A stretch of 64,000 bases of DNA from a virus, in the IMG/VR virus record IMGVR_UViG_3300043539_001773. One strand, given 5' to 3'. Shown in pieces: positions 55,382-63,525 of the stretch. The notes under the pieces were generated by a model, which did not search any database, had not been told where the DNA came from, and saw only the letters and a list, made by a program, of their open reading frames with translations. The first letter of the stretch is position 1. The number at the start of each line of letters is the position of its first letter. Both the position numbers and the translations under genes were made by a program.

Positions 55382-56291
55382 CGCGCATCTCCTTAACAGT
55401 GTTAGCACTATTGTACACTCTATGTGTTGCTCGTAGCAACTCGTTAATCTTTTTTGGGTCTACGTCTTTATAATTTTCATTAACAAAATCTACATAGTCT
55501 TTAACTATATTTGGCATCCATATTTGACCTTGAGAACCAACTGGAATTTCACCATGAGTTATATTGATCCCTCTTTCTAGATGAGGTGAACCTTGAGAAA
55601 AATAACCTATGTAAGCATATCTGTTTCCATCCGTGCACGGATACACTTCATGTGAACCTAGGTAGTTGGATGGAAACATTAACATGTCTCCAGTTTTTGG
55701 TTTATATTTTATATTTGCGTAAGGAAATTCTATTTCCCCACCTAGGTATTCATAATTTTTGATATCATCTATTGTTTCAACTGAATCATTCAGATAGATA
55801 ATCATACCCAAAACACTTCTAGTTGCTACTTGAAGATCTGGTTCAAAGCCAGGTTGATAGTTCACATCATTATCACTATGTAGACCCATTGCGCTCTCTG
55901 GCCCGTAAGCTAATATATGACCTTGTGTTCTCCACCATAAGCTTGTCAATATCATTGGAAAGACTGTTGTATAACTTAATCCGCCTTGATAAAAAGATCT
56001 TTCGCAGCCCTCAAAAAAATCAATAATTTCTTTACTGGTATTCTCATCTACAAAGTTCATAATATGACTTGAACTTTTATATATATCTTCTATAGTATAT
56101 CTATGCCCACTTCTATTTATTGCATAGATCGGCTTATTGCTATCGTCGTAAACTATTGTATAGTCTTCTTTTATTGCTTTTTCTTTTAGAGATGCAATAT
56201 ATGGAAGAATAATATCTTGATCCACATTAACAGCGTTCCTAAAAAGAACTATACCAGAACCAAGATGTTCTGGCATTAACATTGCATTCAC
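55374..56291 (-). CDS. 2OG-Fe(II) oxygenase (prolyl 4-hydroxylase-like)
   Basis: HSD...IYLND...GGEIEF...HEVYPCTDGNR. Confidence 0.9.
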   Translation of the reverse strand: MNAMLMPEHLGSGIVLFRNAVNVDQDIILPYIASLKEKAIKEDYTIVYDDSNKPIYAINRSGHRYTIEDIYKSSSHIMNFVDENTSKEIIDFFEGCERSFYQGGLSYTTVFPMILTSLWWRTQGHILAYGPESAMGLHSDNDVNYQPGFEPDLQVATRSVLGMIIYLNDSVETIDDIKNYEYLGGEIEFPYANIKYKPKTGDMLMFPSNYLGSHEVYPCTDGNRYAYIGYFSQGSPHLERGINITHGEIPVGSQGQIWMPNIVKDYVDFVNENYKDVDPKKINELLRATHRVYNSANTVKEMRDE

Positions 56292-56292
56292 C

Positions 56293-57393
56293 TTATATGG
56301 CTACTGGATCAGTCCCACACGGACCTTCTGGAAGGTCAGCGTCAGAATTATTTGCAACTGCAACTTGCTCCTTAACCTCTATGGCTTCGTGAGTACTGCT
56401 ATATTGGGCAACATTTCTACCTTGATAAACTGGATTCCAGCCAAGCTCTACTTTAGTGTTTTCTGGATTGCTAAATAGTGAATATGGCGATTTACAGTAT
56501 CTTTCATAATCATCATATATATTATTAAGCCAAACACCTGGACACCATTCAAAGCTTCTTTCTGGTTCGCTAATAACTACATTAGCTGGGATGTCATCGC
56601 CACCTTGGCCAAAGAAAGATAGATAAGAATATCTTACACCCTTGCCCATTTTCTCAACATCATGAGCAGCAATGTAGTTTGTTGGGAAAAATATAATATC
56701 GCCTCTTTGCGGCTTGTATGAAATGCCAAGGTGAATAAAACGAAGATGACCACCTGTAAAGTTTCTTCCATCTAATTCTTCTTCAGATTCGACACAGTCA
56801 TTTAGGTATAATAATGATCCACAAGTTTGTCTTGCAGCAACCATGCCTCTAGGCATGTATCTGACTCCGCCAGTTACCTTGTAGTTTGTATCGTTATCTG
56901 AATGACAACCTAATATGCCGCCATCACCATATCTTAAAACGTGACCTCTATTTTTCCACCAGATACTGCCAACAACTAGTGGGTAATTATCTATGTACTT
57001 AAGAAGACATTTGTAATTCTGTTCTTCTAGGTAAAGAAAAAAATCTTTAACCTTGTCTGGAGTTTCATCCGTAACAGGGTGTAAAAGTCTAATTGGTGTA
57101 GTTGGGACATCCTGAAGCCTATATCTAAAACCATCTTCATTGATACCGTACTCTACGCCGTCTTCTCCGGTAATATAAGTCCATCTGTTTTCATGAGCTT
57201 TTTCGGCTTTAGAATCAATATAGTTAAGTATCAATTCTTGATCTATTTTAAAAGCATTTCTGAAAACGATAACACCAGGTCCAAGCACTTCTATCTGAAA
57301 GTCATTTATTTCTTTTAGTTCCTTTTCACCAATCTCTGGTGTAACTGGAAATGGAGTACTATTAATAAATTTATCTTTTGGTTGATTTTCCAT
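56293..57393 (-). CDS. 2OG-Fe(II) oxygenase (prolyl 4-hydroxylase-like)
   Basis: HSD...LYLND...GGHLRF...HDVEKMGKGVR. Confidence 0.9.
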   Translation of the reverse strand: MENQPKDKFINSTPFPVTPEIGEKELKEINDFQIEVLGPGVIVFRNAFKIDQELILNYIDSKAEKAHENRWTYITGEDGVEYGINEDGFRYRLQDVPTTPIRLLHPVTDETPDKVKDFFLYLEEQNYKCLLKYIDNYPLVVGSIWWKNRGHVLRYGDGGILGCHSDNDTNYKVTGGVRYMPRGMVAARQTCGSLLYLNDCVESEEELDGRNFTGGHLRFIHLGISYKPQRGDIIFFPTNYIAAHDVEKMGKGVRYSYLSFFGQGGDDIPANVVISEPERSFEWCPGVWLNNIYDDYERYCKSPYSLFSNPENTKVELGWNPVYQGRNVAQYSSTHEAIEVKEQVAVANNSDADLPEGPCGTDPVAI

Positions 57394-57395
57394 AA

Positions 57396-58013
57396 TTATC
57401 CTAACATCTCATCAATAGCTTCTCTAATTGTCCATCCGGCACCCATAACCCTTGGTACTTCATCTAGAGGCATATCTTGCCAGTTAAATCTAGCAACCAT
57501 AATACCGTCTCTACTAACTAAAAATTTTTCATATCCATGTGAAATTCTAGCAATTGCTTGTCCAGCTAAATTTTGATTCTCTACAGCCTTATCGCTTTGA
57601 TCAGCGGTAAAGTCTGAGTAGTTTCTCTTCTCATTACCCTTCAGCGCTGAAAATACAGGGTGTTCGTTTTTCCCATTGACATCTGCTTTTTCAAAAAATG
57701 GAAAAGTCACAAAAGGATAATGCTCTTTAACAAAAGGGATTATCTCTTCATTTGTTCCTGGTTCCATTTGGGCAAATTGGTTATTAGGAAATGCCAATAC
57801 GGAAAACCCTCTATCCTTAAATTCGTCATGCACTTGTTGCAGTTGCCACAATTGACGCGATGTTCTAGCATAAGACCACACCTTGGAGCACTTAGGTTCA
57901 TAACCACCAGCCTTTGTGGAGACGTTTACGATCAAAGTAAGTTTACCTTTAAACGTGGATAAGTAGTTTTTTTGACCATCTATCGATGTAGCTTCTATAT
58001 CATAAATTGACAT
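57396..58013 (-). CDS. Glutathione peroxidase-fold protein lacking the canonical catalytic Cys (likely start MSIYDI at 58013)
   Basis: SIYDIEATSIDG...FKGKLTLIVNVSTKAG...LAFPNNQFAQMEPG...FPFFEKADVNGKNEHPVF...YEKFLVSRDG. Confidence 0.85.
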   Translation of the reverse strand: MSIYDIEATSIDGQKNYLSTFKGKLTLIVNVSTKAGGYEPKCSKVWSYARTSRQLWQLQQVHDEFKDRGFSVLAFPNNQFAQMEPGTNEEIIPFVKEHYPFVTFPFFEKADVNGKNEHPVFSALKGNEKRNYSDFTADQSDKAVENQNLAGQAIARISHGYEKFLVSRDGIMVARFNWQDMPLDEVPRVMGAGWTIREAIDEMLG

Positions 58014-58323
58014 TTTTTTCACCTTTGATGTCGAGTTTTGCATACTGATCTATTTCTAAGGTGCCTTCAAATTTGTCATCAACTACTTCTACATTTACGG
58101 TAAGAGTAGCTTTTATTGGGGTATCTACGGTTGCAGAAAATGTAATTGTATCACCTGATACAACGCCATTGTCAAAATCTAAGGAACCTCTTTCGCCAAT
58201 AATTGTTCCAGAAACAAATGGTTCAATTGAAGTAATGTTGGCCGTACTGTTACTAACTCCAAATGGGGTAAATACAGAAACTTGCCAATTTCCAATGATG
58301 TTTGGTGTTTTTTGATCGTTCAT
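58000..58323 (-). CDS. Hypothetical small all-beta protein
   Basis: 107-aa ORF (IIGNWQVSVFTPFG...) preceded by a leaderless-type -10 element. Confidence 0.7.
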   Translation of the reverse strand: MNDQKTPNIIGNWQVSVFTPFGVSNSTANITSIEPFVSGTIIGERGSLDFDNGVVSGDTITFSATVDTPIKATLTVNVEVVDDKFEGTLEIDQYAKLDIKGEKNVNL

Positions 58324-58330
58324 ACTTTAT

Positions 58331-58339
58331 AGTATAGCA
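58331..58339 (-). promoter_or_regulatory. Extended -10 element (TGCTATACT) 7 nt before ATG; leaderless promoter candidate
   Basis: Minus strand reads GTG-TGCTATACT-ATAAAGT-ATG with no SD. Confidence 0.6.
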
Positions 58340-58346
58340 CACCTTA

Positions 58347-58946
58347 TTATCTGGCGTATCCTGACCAATCTTGAGTTTGTGCTTGCGTAGGATATTTTGG
58401 GGAAAGATTTGCACTTATAACAACCCTATTTTGATCTAAGTTATTATGCCTATTAGTCATATGGGGTATGAAAGAATTGAATATAATTAATAATCCTTCT
58501 TCTGCTGCTACGGAAACAAAACTTTCCATCGTGTTACATGCAGTTATATTAAACTGAATATCAGCACTTCCTTCTGGGGCGTTTGCGTAGTAGGCAATGG
58601 AGTAATATTCGTTTGGATATAAGTGTGTATTCAATTTATGGGAATGATAACCAACAGACTGACCATATTCTAGAGTTAGAGTCCATATATCGTTTAGTAG
58701 CATCTCTTTACCAAGAGCTATGCTTACTTCGCTTTGGAGTGCGGTAATAAGTTTTTCTGATTCTGTTTCACCAAATGGATATGTCTGATCCTCAAAATAA
58801 GAATGGTTTTTATCTTCAACAAATGAATTGTCAATTTTTTTAGAATGTGTTTTTATTTCTTCATATAGTTTATTGTTATCTATATAGTTTAATTTTTTCT
58901 TATAAATGCCAATGTTTAAAAGCGATTGGAATTCAAAATCATTCAT
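58347..58946 (-). CDS. 2OG-Fe(II) oxygenase (TIGR02466 / Oxy_5-like); likely start MNDFEF at 58946
   Basis: W...HSH...YYSIAYY...EGLLIIFNSFIPHMT...RVVISAN. Confidence 0.8.
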   Translation of the reverse strand: MNDFEFQSLLNIGIYKKKLNYIDNNKLYEEIKTHSKKIDNSFVEDKNHSYFEDQTYPFGETESEKLITALQSEVSIALGKEMLLNDIWTLTLEYGQSVGYHSHKLNTHLYPNEYYSIAYYANAPEGSADIQFNITACNTMESFVSVAAEEGLLIIFNSFIPHMTNRHNNLDQNRVVISANLSPKYPTQAQTQDWSGYAR

Positions 58947-59616
58947 AGTAAAATTCACCGGTTTCTAGGGCTAAGGGAGGACTATCCTTATGCCAAACGT
59001 TGATGATCATAACCCTTCTTATTCCCGTAATTGGAGGAGTAGTATTATGAACCATGTGGCCAGCATCAAAAATTATCAGTCTATTTGGTTTGCAAGCTAT
59101 TCTTTCACGTTCTTCAAGCACAGAAATATTATTTTTAATATTTTCTGTTTCTAAGGCGTTGAGAGTATTCTCAATAATTGCATTAGGATGCAACTCTAGG
59201 AATCCGCCTACAACATCATTCGTATGAGGGTAGTACACACAGCCTATTGCTGGACCACGAAAAATTTTCTCTTTTGCATACAAGAAGGTGTCTTCGTCAA
59301 CGTGCGTATCTAGGTATTGACCAGGGTTAAATGTCCTAGTCCAATATTCGAAACCACAAACATCTTTTTCATCAAAAGGGAGATTGTTTTCCCATATAGA
59401 TTTAATTATTTGTTTGGAAAGTGTGTTTGTTTCAGATTTCCACCAACCATCCCAAAACATGTATGGGGCAAAACAACTTGATTTCTCATAGTGATATGAG
59501 TTTAATTCAGTAGCAATTCTTATTTCTGAACCCATTGATTGGGGGAACAAGTTTTCTGACAATTCAATTTGCTTTAATAGCTCAGAATCTTTTATAAAAT
59601 TATCAATTACTATCAT
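58939..59616 (-). CDS. 2OG-Fe(II) oxygenase
   Basis: MIVIDNF...EYW...HVD...VYY...GGFLEL...PNRLIIFDAG...HNT...RRVMIINVW. Confidence 0.85.
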   Translation of the reverse strand: MIVIDNFIKDSELLKQIELSENLFPQSMGSEIRIATELNSYHYEKSSCFAPYMFWDGWWKSETNTLSKQIIKSIWENNLPFDEKDVCGFEYWTRTFNPGQYLDTHVDEDTFLYAKEKIFRGPAIGCVYYPHTNDVVGGFLELHPNAIIENTLNALETENIKNNISVLEERERIACKPNRLIIFDAGHMVHNTTPPITGIRRVMIINVWHKDSPPLALETGEFYYE

Positions 59617-59622
59617 GATAGT

Positions 59623-59628
59623 ATTATA
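59623..59628 (-). promoter_or_regulatory. -10 element TATAAT 6 nt before ATG; leaderless promoter candidate
   Basis: Minus strand reads TAG-TATAAT-ACTATC-ATG with no SD. Confidence 0.55.
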
Positions 59629-60348
59629 CTACAGTTTTACGACAGTTGTTGTTCCTAGTAGAGTGTAATCGTGAGACACGCATACGTTTTCTAAACTCTT
59701 TAAATGTTGGTTTATTTCAGAATAAGGAGAATACTCTGCGTCAGCTTCATATAGATTTCCACCATCGTTAGCCCAAGTTATTAACATAACGCCATTATCA
59801 GCTAACATATTGAAGTAAGAAAGAACTAATGATGGATCATGTATTATATCATATGAGCCAAATGATATGAAATCAAAAGGACCGGCAGCTGATGCTTCAG
59901 CGTCTTGTCTTGAAATTACGTCATAGTCCAATTCGGCTATTTCTGCCTCTGTTAAAATACAGCGTTCAAGAAGGTTTAATTGATAATTATTTATTAGTGT
60001 AAGCTCTGATCTGCTTGCTACAGTTTTCATGAAACTCATGCTCCATACTGAGTGTGACAATAAGGACTTGGCCGGATTCTTAATCATGAAAGTAATTTCT
60101 TGTGGATTATCTCCATATCTATAGCCATCTGTACTTTTATGTACCGAATCTTCTCTAGAAAAAGTGTCAAAATACCACATAAAGATATCTCCACCTACTG
60201 CTATTTTTCTCTTATCCAAAGGAAGAGTATCTAAATATTCTTTAATCTTAGCAAAGTTATCATATTCAAGCTGATTTATTTCTTCATTTGATCTATAAGG
60301 TTTTACTAGGTTGTTAATTCTAGAGAAGAAGGATTTTTCTATGCTCAT
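59629..60348 (-). CDS. Divergent SAM-dependent methyltransferase-like protein
   Basis: C-terminal GPFDFISF...IIHDP...MLADNGVMLI resembles class I MTase motifs; the glycine-rich motif I is not evident. Confidence 0.45.
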   Translation of the reverse strand: MSIEKSFFSRINNLVKPYRSNEEINQLEYDNFAKIKEYLDTLPLDKRKIAVGGDIFMWYFDTFSREDSVHKSTDGYRYGDNPQEITFMIKNPAKSLLSHSVWSMSFMKTVASRSELTLINNYQLNLLERCILTEAEIAELDYDVISRQDAEASAAGPFDFISFGSYDIIHDPSLVLSYFNMLADNGVMLITWANDGGNLYEADAEYSPYSEINQHLKSLENVCVSHDYTLLGTTTVVKL

Positions 60349-60349
60349 A

Positions 60350-60652
60350 TTATGCGGCTCCTAATGCTATTTGGCGCATCCACCAAAATCTTCTAATGGT
60401 AGATACAATTAAAGTTCTTTGACTTCTTAAAATTGCAACTACTGGTTCGTCTCTATACGTTTGTTCTTGTTGCGAGTTTGGAGTTCCAATAGGGGTAATT
60501 TCTTGGTTAATCAAATTAAATGTTCTTGCTTGAGAAATGATTTCATCAATAGATAGAATATCCATATCTTCTGCTGTAAGACCAATTATGTATAATTGTA
60601 AAGCCAAGACTGACTCTATGTATTCAAGATCTTGTTCTGCATTATAGGTCAT
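60350..60652 (-). CDS. Hypothetical protein
   Basis: 100-aa ORF tightly packed in the operon. Confidence 0.7.
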   Translation of the reverse strand: MTYNAEQDLEYIESVLALQLYIIGLTAEDMDILSIDEIISQARTFNLINQEITPIGTPNSQQEQTYRDEPVVAILRSQRTLIVSTIRRFWWMRQIALGAA

Positions 60653-60654
60653 AT

Positions 60655-60849
60655 TTACTCTTCTTCGTCATCGTTGTTAATTGAAAACCCTGTAAAAAAT
60701 CTGTCTGTTTTTATCTTACTTGCTTTAAGAATCTGGCATTGAAATTCAACTCCGTCTGGAAATGTAAAGATGCCAGCTGCCTTAGAAAACGTTGGAACTA
60801 AATCATCATTGGTATCGGACTCAGAATTGTCAATAATATTGTCCGCCAT
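60655..60849 (-). CDS. Hypothetical acidic protein
   Basis: 64-aa ORF tightly packed in the operon. Confidence 0.65.
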   Translation of the reverse strand: MADNIIDNSESDTNDDLVPTFSKAAGIFTFPDGVEFQCQILKASKIKTDRFFTGFSINNDDEEE

Positions 60850-60852
60850 AAG

Positions 60853-61092
60853 TTATTGTTCCAATAGTTTTAGAGAAGCTATTTGATTAAATAATGAATT
60901 AAAACTAGCAGTTGTTGAAGTTGATAGCGTTCCAGTAATTGATGAAAGTGCAATAAGTTCACCAACGTTTGAAACTTCAAGAGCGCTTTCTGGATCTACC
61001 GATAACAGATACGATAATGTGTATATCGATTTTTCTAGATATACTGCAGCTTTGTTTTTCATTTCTTGTTTTTGCAAATCATTCACAGCCAT
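60853..61092 (-). CDS. Hypothetical small helical protein
   Basis: 79 aa; SD AAGGAG; resembles 61104..61358. Confidence 0.75.
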   Translation of the reverse strand: MAVNDLQKQEMKNKAAVYLEKSIYTLSYLLSVDPESALEVSNVGELIALSSITGTLSTSTTASFNSLFNQIASLKLLEQ

Positions 61093-61103
61093 TTCTTACT
61101 CCT

Positions 61104-61358
61104 TTAGGATAGTTCTGCTATTTTTGCATCTATGCTAGCGATACGTGCTAATCCGGATGTGATACTGGACTTCATTCCATAACCGGGATCATCATCAATT
61201 GAGGATGCTACTGGATCAAAATTCCAAGTAGACATATCGTAAGTATCTGGATCAAATCCTAATTTTGCAATATTCTTATAAATCTCTGCTTGAAAATCTG
61301 CTTTAGCAGAATTTAAGCTTCTTAATTTTTCTGCTTGCGTAACTAACGAAAATGACAT
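61104..61358 (-). CDS. Hypothetical small helical protein
   Basis: 84 aa; SD GAGG; first gene after a TTACTATATC motif. Confidence 0.75.
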   Translation of the reverse strand: MSFSLVTQAEKLRSLNSAKADFQAEIYKNIAKLGFDPDTYDMSTWNFDPVASSIDDDPGYGMKSSITSGLARIASIDAKIAELS

Positions 61359-61390
61359 TGTGCCTCACTTCTTTGGTAAAAATGTATGAT

Positions 61391-61400
61391 GATATAGTAA
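61391..61400 (-). promoter_or_regulatory. Candidate late-promoter motif TTACTATATC
   Basis: Identical 10-mer to the one upstream of the sheath gene; intergenic. Confidence 0.55.
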
Positions 61401-62105
61401 CTAGTTATTGGGATTGTTTAACTTTAAAAGTCCAGAATTTGCTGGACCAATTCTGTTGCCTTTTTCGTCTAAACCAGTTCTGATGCCTTTCATCCAAGTC
61501 CAAGGTTCATCTTGGTTTTTCTTCATTTTAGCAGCTCCATAAGCTGCGCGCGCGTTCATTAATTCTGGCTTGTCCCAAAGATTATCTACTTTAAACTCAA
61601 CTGATTCAAGAAGATCACTTTTAAAAATATTAAAAAACATAAACGGTGTTCCTGCTTCAAATGTCACTGGCTCACCTATTTTATTAATAGCCCAATTCAT
61701 TTGAAATTCATCTGGCCACCAACTACTTGGTATGATTGCACTAAGGGGAGATGCTCCGTCAACCATATAGTTTGGAGAACCACCAATCCAAGTTTCGTAA
61801 CCTTCTTCGGTTCCAAATGCCCATCCAACTGAAAAAGAAACCATACCAATAATTCCGCCATAGGCAAGTGCTCTACCCATATATTCTTCACCGCTAAGAA
61901 TCTTTACATTGCTATTCCCGCCATCCCATTGAACTACTACATCTTGCGGAAGTATCAATTCCCACCCATGTACGTTGGCTGTAGTCATAGGAAGACACTG
62001 ATACGCATGTTTTTTATATGTGTTATCCATCCAATCTCTTTTAACCCTAGACTGGACTATCTGTGGTGGGTTTTGATGAGTCTTAGTTAAAGTAACTTGT
62101 GTCAT
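61401..62105 (-). CDS. DUF6065-family protein
   Basis: RDWMD...HAYQCLPMTTANVHGWEL...GSPN...W...FQMNW...VTFEAGTPF pattern, recognised by eye. Confidence 0.7.
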   Translation of the reverse strand: MTQVTLTKTHQNPPQIVQSRVKRDWMDNTYKKHAYQCLPMTTANVHGWELILPQDVVVQWDGGNSNVKILSGEEYMGRALAYGGIIGMVSFSVGWAFGTEEGYETWIGGSPNYMVDGASPLSAIIPSSWWPDEFQMNWAINKIGEPVTFEAGTPFMFFNIFKSDLLESVEFKVDNLWDKPELMNARAAYGAAKMKKNQDEPWTWMKGIRTGLDEKGNRIGPANSGLLKLNNPNN

Positions 62106-62108
62106 AAA

Positions 62109-62708
62109 TTAGATTGTATCATCCAACAATACTTCTATTGCAGCTTTGATATTTATAAGAGCTTGTTCTGCGTTAGTTTTTCTTTCTCCTGCATTAAACG
62201 CTAAGTCTAACAAATCAGAATTACAAAAACGGAGCATTTTTTTTCCATCTCTACCTATGATTATTTTTTCAAAATTACCTTGAATTGGGTCTTTACCATC
62301 TTGAATTAGCTTGTAAAAAGGATGCTGTTCTACGTCGGCCTTTGGCTCTGGAGCAATACCTACCAACTCACTGAATGGAAGATCTGTCTTATACAATTCT
62401 TTCATATGGTCCCTCATGTGAACTGGGCTTGCATTAGATTCCTTAAACGCACCGTAGGCATCTTCGCAGAAATCTGTACTTGGGACAGCTAATACTTCAA
62501 AACCTAAATCTTTATATTCTTTATATAGATTCTCAATAATTGGATATTGAGCAGAATTTGCACACTCTCCAGTTACGTTGACTATCATTGTTACCTTACC
62601 TTTATTCTTGGCAAGGATGTTTTCCTCACCATCCAATGACGATAGTGGAATATCATACACTGATGACTCAAAGCGTTCTAAACTTGGTAATTCATTTTTT
62701 TCAAACAT
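62109..62708 (-). CDS. Glutathione peroxidase family protein (Cys type)
   Basis: SVYDIPLSSLDG...KGKVTMIVNVTGECANSAQY...LYKEYKDLGFEVLAVPSTDF...HPFYK...IQGNFEKIIIGRDG. Confidence 0.85.
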   Translation of the reverse strand: MFEKNELPSLERFESSVYDIPLSSLDGEENILAKNKGKVTMIVNVTGECANSAQYPIIENLYKEYKDLGFEVLAVPSTDFCEDAYGAFKESNASPVHMRDHMKELYKTDLPFSELVGIAPEPKADVEQHPFYKLIQDGKDPIQGNFEKIIIGRDGKKMLRFCNSDLLDLAFNAGERKTNAEQALINIKAAIEVLLDDTI

Positions 62709-62717
62709 AATTTCTCC

Positions 62718-63452
62718 TTATTCTGGTTGAGGATATGCGAGAGGCTGATTAGATCCTTTTGTTATACCTTTTGTCGGATCCACTTTAGAGCCATCTGCTC
62801 CATAGCCTGTCCCATACTTATGATTATTATCATTATAATCAAACATAGTAACTGCAGAATATTTAGTGCCACTAGTAACCTTTAGGGATGAGTGCGCATA
62901 TATAAAAGTGGATGGGAATAGTATGATATCTCCAGCTTGAGGTTTGAATTTAATATCAAGATATGGGAACCATAGTTCTCCGCCTTCGTAGTCGTCATTC
63001 AAATAGATCACAGAAGATACTGTGCACGTGTAGGAGAAGCCATGGTCTGCATGGACAGCAAAATGCTGACCTGGGTTGTATCTAACAAAGTTAATGGCCT
63101 CCATATAATCCATCTTAAAATTATATAAAGATTCGTAGTGAGCAAGACACTTCTTAAGGTTGGTATCTACATCATCATAGCACTTCTTAACTTCTTCAAA
63201 CTCTGGAGTAAGGAACTGCCAGTGTGCAGGGCTCATTTTCAAGTCCACACAATCTCTGTACTCTGGCATTCTTTCATTATAGCCAACCATAGCTTCTGAC
63301 CATTTAAATAATTCATGAGAGCTATTGCCTATAGCTGATTCTAGTCTTTCTGGAATATTAAGTTCTCTTGGTATTGCGTTTCTGTATAAAAATATGCCAA
63401 ATTTTCTATTATCTTCTACATTGTCACAAGAACCTACGTGAAAAAATTCCAT
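62718..63452 (-). CDS. 2OG-Fe(II) oxygenase (prolyl 4-hydroxylase-like)
   Basis: VRYNPGQHFAVHAD...VIYLNDDYEGGELWF...FPSTFIYAHSSLKVTSGTKYS. Confidence 0.9.
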   Translation of the reverse strand: MEFFHVGSCDNVEDNRKFGIFLYRNAIPRELNIPERLESAIGNSSHELFKWSEAMVGYNERMPEYRDCVDLKMSPAHWQFLTPEFEEVKKCYDDVDTNLKKCLAHYESLYNFKMDYMEAINFVRYNPGQHFAVHADHGFSYTCTVSSVIYLNDDYEGGELWFPYLDIKFKPQAGDIILFPSTFIYAHSSLKVTSGTKYSAVTMFDYNDNNHKYGTGYGADGSKVDPTKGITKGSNQPLAYPQPE

Positions 63453-63483
63453 TTTACTTTCTCCTAATTATCTATTTTGTTTA

Positions 63484-63499
63484 GTGCTATACTATACCA
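63484..63499. promoter_or_regulatory. Overlapping divergent extended -10 elements
   Basis: Plus strand TGCTATACT (towards 63526, SD AAGGAG); minus strand TGGTATAGT (towards 63452, SD AGGAG). Confidence 0.5.
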
Positions 63500-63525
63500 C
63501 ACGCATATCTACTAAGGAGTGTTTT

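Noticed and set aside
1555-61891. The many short plus-strand ORFs and nested minus-strand ORFs in the track
   Set aside because: They lie antisense to or inside long coherent genes, lack SD signals and have no recognisable motifs; they are shadow ORFs.
57396-62708. Selenocysteine in the glutathione peroxidase genes
   Set aside because: Neither gene has an in-frame TGA; the catalytic position is GCT (Ala) in one and TGT (Cys) in the other.
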